From assembly GCA_948470565.1 (NCBI GenBank), contig CAOKPF010000006.1:1-46309 (forward strand): 46,309 nt of DNA, read 5' to 3'. Position 1 is the stretch's first letter. Every line of letters starts with the position of its first letter. Source of the stretch: an uncultured Clostridium sp. (GTDB lineage Bacteria > Bacillota > Clostridia > TANB77 > CAG-465). The position numbers and the translations under genes were made by a program. This document shows, piece after piece, positions 41,101 through 46,309 of this stretch. The notes under the pieces were generated by a model that was not told where the DNA came from, ran no database searches, and saw only the letters and a program-made list of their open reading frames with translations.

Positions 41101-42201
41101 ATGAAGAAAATAGCATTTACAACTGGAAGATATATGACGTTTCACAATGGACAAAGGGCGTATATTGAAAATCTTATTAGTAAATTTTCAAAAACTATAA
41201 TTGGTATAGGCTCATGTTATACATATAGTGAAAGAAATTGTGTGTATGCACATGAACGGGAAAAAATGATACGAATGACACTTGAAGCTGATGGAATAGA
41301 TACCACATTGTACGATATTGTTCATATTCAGGACTATGATACTTTTGAGATGTGGATTAGTGATATAAAAGATATTTGTAATATGTATGGAGTTACTGAT
41401 TTTGTAACGGGGAATAATGAAGATATACTTGATGTGATTGAAAGTGGGAAATATGAATTTACACCTAATATAATAAATCCTGAAATTGAATCAAAATTTT
41501 CTGTACACTCCACAAGTATTAGAAATGCTTTGAGAAATGGTGATATTGAATTTGTACAAAATAATGTTCCTTTTCCTGTATTACAATATATATTTAGTCA
41601 TAATACTACTTTGGAAGAAATTGTTGAAGCTACAACTAATCCGCCAATTGCATTTAATCAAGGAAGACAGACAGTTGATCTTGTGTTTATTGTAAGAGAT
41701 ATAGAAACTAAAGAAGACTATGTACTTCTTGGTAAACGTAATTTAGAAATGGAAGATTTTCCTGGCTATTGGGGAGTAATAGGTGGAGAAATAAAAAAAT
41801 ATGAATCACCTGTCGATTCGGTAATAAGGAATTTTTATGAAAATACAGGTTTAAAGATTGATATTGTAAAAAGAGCTTTTGAACCAACAATTGTAAAATT
41901 TGATAGTCAAATCTCTGATAAATTAGAAACATTACATTTTATAGATGTATATAAATCAAATGATGAAAAAAATGCAGGAAGTAGAGGTGGTTCAAGTCAA
42001 TGTTTTGCAATGGTAATTAATGATAATATAAAAAAATATGAGTGCAAATTAAAGCAAAATGTTGAAAGATTTCGTAGGGTATGTTTTTCACCATTATATA
42101 ATGCTTTAATGTTACCATTAGCATATGAGCACAGTAATATGTTAAAACGAGTTGCAAGTGGAATGATGTCAAATTATAAATTTAAGTATATTTGCAAATG
42201 A
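41101..42201 (+). CDS. NadM-like nucleotidyltransferase-Nudix fusion protein
   Basis: GRYMTFHNGQ, IIGIGS, HSTSIRN, then QTVDLV...GYWGVIGG...LAYEH Nudix fold. Confidence 0.8.
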   Translation: MKKIAFTTGRYMTFHNGQRAYIENLISKFSKTIIGIGSCYTYSERNCVYAHEREKMIRMTLEADGIDTTLYDIVHIQDYDTFEMWISDIKDICNMYGVTDFVTGNNEDILDVIESGKYEFTPNIINPEIESKFSVHSTSIRNALRNGDIEFVQNNVPFPVLQYIFSHNTTLEEIVEATTNPPIAFNQGRQTVDLVFIVRDIETKEDYVLLGKRNLEMEDFPGYWGVIGGEIKKYESPVDSVIRNFYENTGLKIDIVKRAFEPTIVKFDSQISDKLETLHFIDVYKSNDEKNAGSRGGSSQCFAMVINDNIKKYECKLKQNVERFRRVCFSPLYNALMLPLAYEHSNMLKRVASGMMSNYKFKYICK

Positions 42202-42331
42202 TAGAAAGTTACAAGTAATTGGAGATTGAATTTGTACAGAAAATTTTCTAATTGTATTAATCGTTAGAAATAAAAAATTGGTCTTGATTTATAAAGTAGT
42301 TTTTTCTAAGAAAAGAAACAGTGGATAATTT

Positions 42332-43225
42332 CTACTGTTTCTTCGTCATTACTATATTTACTTTTTGTGGTAAAAGTTCTACTTTTAATTTATCAGTATA
42401 TATAATTTCACCATCAAGACTTACAGGAAACTTTTTGGTAGACACTATTGTTAGGTTATGTGTTTTTGATATATGAGCTTTGTTTAGTGTAATATGATTA
42501 CCTTTTTTGTATTTTGGTAGTAAGAATATTTTTTCACGAATGCGAGTAGAATCAATTACACAAACATCTAATAATTCATCATTAATTACTGCATTAGGAC
42601 ATGGACATATACCACCACCATAAAACTTTCCATTAGAGATTGCAACAAGTGTAAAGTATCCCTTTTTTATATATTTTCCATCTAATCTGATTTTCAACTT
42701 ATAATTTTTATTTGAAAGTAGAGTATAAAATATAGATAAGTTATATTTTGCTTTTCCACTTAAAAACCTAAATATTCTAAAATTATCTACGTTTTTAGCT
42801 ACCATTGCATCAAATCCCGCATTTAATATGTTTATGCAATATTTAGTGTCATTTACTCTCATTACATCTACCATTGAACTTTTGTTCTTTAAAGATTCGA
42901 TTACAATTTTTCTTACACTTTTGTAATCAGATATATTTTTTATAAAGTCATTGCCTGTACCACAAGGAATGACTACAATTTCTGAATTTGTACCAATTAT
43001 GCCACTAATAACTTCATTTAGTGTACCATCTCCACCCAATACATAAAATCTGCAATTACACTTATGAGAGATTTTCCTTGAAATTTTAGTTAAGTTTTTG
43101 GGATATTCAGATACAAATAGTTTTGGTGTTATTCCATTTTTTATAAGTATATTTTGTACTATTTTACAAAATTTTACGCCTTTGTGATTTCCTGATATAG
43201 GATTTACTAAAATTACATGTTCCAT
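42332..43225 (-). CDS. Diacylglycerol kinase family (YegS/BmrU) lipid kinase
   Basis: VNPISG, GGDGTLNEV, PCGTGNDF and NGKFYGGG motifs. Confidence 0.9.
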   Translation of the reverse strand: MEHVILVNPISGNHKGVKFCKIVQNILIKNGITPKLFVSEYPKNLTKISRKISHKCNCRFYVLGGDGTLNEVISGIIGTNSEIVVIPCGTGNDFIKNISDYKSVRKIVIESLKNKSSMVDVMRVNDTKYCINILNAGFDAMVAKNVDNFRIFRFLSGKAKYNLSIFYTLLSNKNYKLKIRLDGKYIKKGYFTLVAISNGKFYGGGICPCPNAVINDELLDVCVIDSTRIREKIFLLPKYKKGNHITLNKAHISKTHNLTIVSTKKFPVSLDGEIIYTDKLKVELLPQKVNIVMTKKQ

Positions 43226-43349
43226 AATTATATTATCTCCTAACATACATATTTTAACACTAAGTAGAAAAATTGACAAGAAAATAAATTATTTTTGTCA
43301 TAAAACCTAAAAGTAGACATAGTATATAGTAGTTAGGAGATGTGATTTT

Positions 43350-43976
43350 GTGAGAAGGAGAAATAATTGTTTTAATAATAATATGAGAAATTATATGATG
43401 AATAATAGAAATGTTATTGGAAATAGCATGATTAATAATAGGGGTTATGTAATTTTGAAAGAGGGGAGTAAAGGAAGTGATGTAGAGGAGCTACAAACAA
43501 TGTTGTTTGATCTTGCTAAAGTATATCCTGAACTGCTTATAATAACCGTAGATGGAGTATTTGGACCTAATACAAAAAGTGCTGTAATGGATTTTCAAAA
43601 AGTTTCAGGTCTTATAATAAATGGAATTGTTGATGCTAATACTTGGAATAAATTACATATGTTGTATAAAAAAAATTATAATAGTATTGATAGCAATAAG
43701 TGCGATAGAATACCTGATTATTTAGATCAATCTAATAATGTGTTAAGTAAAGGTAGTAGTGGAGAGTATGTAGTAGAACTTCAAAAATACTTAAATGCAT
43801 TATCAAGTAAATATCCAACTATTACCAAGGTTGAAATCGATGGAATATTTGGACCTAAAACCCAAAGTGCAGTATTAGAATTTCAAAAGCTTATGGGACT
43901 TACTATAGATGGAATTGTTGGTATGACTACTTGGGATAAATTATATAATGAGTATACTAATATAATGGGACAATAA
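43350..43976 (+). CDS. Peptidoglycan-binding protein with two PG_binding_1 domains
   Basis: Two repeats of L..GS.G..V.ELQ..L...DG.FGP.T.SAV..FQK..GL.I.GIV...TW. A sigmaE-like TCATA-15-CATAGTAT lies at 43298-43325. Confidence 0.88.
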   Translation: MRRRNNCFNNNMRNYMMNNRNVIGNSMINNRGYVILKEGSKGSDVEELQTMLFDLAKVYPELLIITVDGVFGPNTKSAVMDFQKVSGLIINGIVDANTWNKLHMLYKKNYNSIDSNKCDRIPDYLDQSNNVLSKGSSGEYVVELQKYLNALSSKYPTITKVEIDGIFGPKTQSAVLEFQKLMGLTIDGIVGMTTWDKLYNEYTNIMGQ

Positions 43977-44027
43977 AAAATATACCTATCTGTTTTAGAT
44001 GTATTATCTAAATAGATAGGTACTATA

Positions 44028-45131
44028 TTATACATTAAATCTAAATACTATTATGTCTCCATCTTTTACTATATAGTCTTTTCCTTCAAATCTAACAAGT
44101 CCTTTTTCACGTGCTGCTGCAGTAGAACCATTTTCAATTAAATCGTTATAAGATATGACTTCTGCTTTTATAAATCCTCTCTCAAAATCTGAATGAATTT
44201 TCCCTGCTGCCTGAGGTGCTTTAGTGCCTTCTTTTATAGTCCAAGCTCTAACTTCTTGTTTTCCAGCAGTAAGAAATGAAATAAGTCCTAAAAGTGAGTA
44301 ACTAGCATTTATAAGCTTGTCAAGTCCAGATATATCAATTCCATAATCTTCCATGAGTAGTTTTGCATCTTCTTTTTCTAATTGACTTAAATCCTCTTCA
44401 AGTTTTGCACATAGTGAAATTGTTTTTGCACCTTCAGATTTTGCATATTCTATTACCTGTTTTACATATTTATCATTTTCCATATTAGTAAGTTGTTCTT
44501 CTGATACATTTGCAATATATATAGTTGGTTTTATAGTAAGTAAATATACTTCTTTTAATATTATTTTTTCATCTTCTGTAAGTTCCATTGTTCTGACTGG
44601 ATTTTCACTTTCTAAGTGTTCCTTTACACGTTGTAATAATTCATATTCTATTTTTGCGGATTTGTCACCAGATTTCATAGTTTTTGATACTCGTTCCATT
44701 CTTTTTTGTATTGCTTCTATATCAGATAATATTAGTTCTAGTGATATTGTTTGTATATCATTTACAGGGTCAATTTTACCATCTACATGAACTATATTGT
44801 CATCTTCAAAGCATCTAACAATATGTGCTATTGCATCAGTTTCACGTATGTGTGATAGGAATTTATTTCCAAGTCCTTCTCCTTTGGAGGCTCCTTTTAC
44901 AAGTCCTGCTATATCTACAAATTCAATTGTTGCATATGTTGTTTTATCTGTATCATACATATTAGATAGAACATCTATTCTATTGTCTGGTACACACACC
45001 ATTCCAATATTTGGTTCTATTGTACAAAATGGATAATTTGCACTTTCTGCTCCAGCTTTTGTTATAGCGTTAAACAATGTACTTTTCCCAACATTTGGTA
45101 ATCCTACTATTCCAATTTTCAAATTAAACAC
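44028..45131 (-). CDS. ychF: Redox-regulated ATPase YchF
   Basis: GLPNVGKSTLFN, NYPFCTIEPN, DIAGLVKGASKGEGLGNKFL and FRFNV motifs. Confidence 0.97.
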   Translation of the reverse strand: MFNLKIGIVGLPNVGKSTLFNAITKAGAESANYPFCTIEPNIGMVCVPDNRIDVLSNMYDTDKTTYATIEFVDIAGLVKGASKGEGLGNKFLSHIRETDAIAHIVRCFEDDNIVHVDGKIDPVNDIQTISLELILSDIEAIQKRMERVSKTMKSGDKSAKIEYELLQRVKEHLESENPVRTMELTEDEKIILKEVYLLTIKPTIYIANVSEEQLTNMENDKYVKQVIEYAKSEGAKTISLCAKLEEDLSQLEKEDAKLLMEDYGIDISGLDKLINASYSLLGLISFLTAGKQEVRAWTIKEGTKAPQAAGKIHSDFERGFIKAEVISYNDLIENGSTAAAREKGLVRFEGKDYIVKDGDIIVFRFNV

Positions 45132-45371
45132 TTCCTTTTTTATAATATAATTATACCAGACAAATATTATATGTCAAGAATATAAATATTAAGATATAAA
45201 TTTTATAGGAGATATAAAAATAGTGAGTAAAAAATATTTATTATTAAAGACAAAAATTTAAAATTACAAAAGATCATTACAGTAAATTAAATTGTAACGA
45301 ATGATATATATTGAAAATATAATATAGTATGATAAATGTATATTACATTTATTGTAGAAAGGGGTATGACA

Positions 45372-46118
45372 ATGAGTTGTTGTAATGATAATTTTCAAGA
45401 TAGTTGTAATATTTCTTGTTGTAGACCTAATTGTCAAAATAGTTGTTGTTGTGTTGTAGGCACTCCAGCTGGTCCAACAGGACCAAGAGGACCTATGGGA
45501 CCAACAGGACCGCAGGGAATACAAGGTATTCAGGGTGTGCAAGGACCAGTAGGACCAACAGGAGCCACTGGACCACAAGGTATTCAGGGGGCACAGGGAA
45601 TACAAGGTGTAACTGGACCAACAGGAGCTACTGGAGCAACAGGTGCAGCAGGACCTCAAGGTGTACAAGGTCCAATAGGACCAACAGGAGCTACTGGAGT
45701 AACAGGTGCAACAGGACCACAAGGAATACAGGGAATAACAGGACCAACAGGAGCTACTGGGATAACAGGTGCAACAGGACCACAAGGAGTACAGGGAATA
45801 ACAGGACCAACAGGAGCTACTGGAGTAACAGGTGTAACAGGACCACAAGGAATACAGGGAATAACAGGACCAACAGGAGCTACTGGGGTAACAGGTGCAA
45901 CAGGACCACAAGGAATAACAGGACCAACAGGGGCTACTGGGACAACAGGTGCAACAGGACCGACTGGAGCTACTGGAGAGGTAGGACCAGCTCCAACACT
46001 TGCAATAGGAACAGTAACAACAGGCGCACCAGGAAGTCAAGCTTCTGCAACTATAAGAGGTGTACCACCAAATTTTGTACTTGATTTAACTATACCACAA
46101 GGACCAACTGGTGTATAA
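45372..46118 (+). CDS. Collagen-like (BclA-type) spore surface protein
   Basis: Cys-rich N-terminus and a long G-X-Y (GPT/GAT/GPQ) tract. AAAGGGG RBS. Confidence 0.85.
   Translation: MSCCNDNFQDSCNISCCRPNCQNSCCCVVGTPAGPTGPRGPMGPTGPQGIQGIQGVQGPVGPTGATGPQGIQGAQGIQGVTGPTGATGATGAAGPQGVQGPIGPTGATGVTGATGPQGIQGITGPTGATGITGATGPQGVQGITGPTGATGVTGVTGPQGIQGITGPTGATGVTGATGPQGITGPTGATGTTGATGPTGATGEVGPAPTLAIGTVTTGAPGSQASATIRGVPPNFVLDLTIPQGPTGV
45552..45975 (+). repeat. 63-bp tandem repeat in the collagen gene
   Basis: GGACCAACAGG recurs at 45552, 45615, 45678, 45741, 45804 and 45867, then at 45921 after a 54-bp unit. Confidence 0.85.
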
Positions 46119-46121
46119 TGT

Positions 46122-46151
46122 AATAACCAAAACTTTTTGTTTTGGTTATTA
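46122..46151 (+). terminator. Hairpin after the collagen gene
   Basis: TAATAACCAAAAC / GTTTTGGTTATTA stem. Confidence 0.65.
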
Positions 46152-46309
46152 TTAGATTATAGTAATATTAATTCAATTTCTAGGAAATATAGTACATTAT
46201 AACTAAAACTTTTAATATTTAAGTCGTAAAATCTTGACAATATCTAGGTTGTAGTATATAATCTCATTTTAAACACTTTTAAAAGAGTAAAAATCCCCTA
46301 TGCCTTGTA

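Noticed and set aside
45264-46084. Cys/Ser-rich minus-strand ORF (45264-46040) and Arg/Asn-rich alternate-frame ORF (45443-46084)
   Set aside because: These are shadow frames of the collagen G-X-Y repeat.

Overview
This is a very AT-rich chromosomal window from an endospore-forming clostridial Firmicute (gpr, yabG, spoVT, BclA-like collagen gene). The backbone is housekeeping: folD, a uridine-kinase-like gene, tgt, gap-pgk-tpiA-gpmI, dCMP deaminase, tsaE-tsaB-rimI and ychF. It is interleaved with many stand-alone accessory genes that carry near-consensus sigmaA promoters. An NAD/ADP-ribose salvage cluster (prs-nadD-nrtR, nudF-pncA-pncB, and a distant degenerate NadM-Nudix gene) shares a candidate NrtR operator between two promoters. 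The non-coding DNA holds several miniature mobile elements. These are an internally deleted ISL3 with an 8-bp target duplication, a 238-bp inverted-repeat element, and a dispersed 90-100-bp hairpin repeat family with six copies. The most unusual is a 380-bp structured element with perfect 37-bp terminal repeats. It sits inside the 17-bp spacer of a promoter and carries internally the reverse complement of its own insertion-site flank. No rRNA, tRNA or CRISPR array was recognised.
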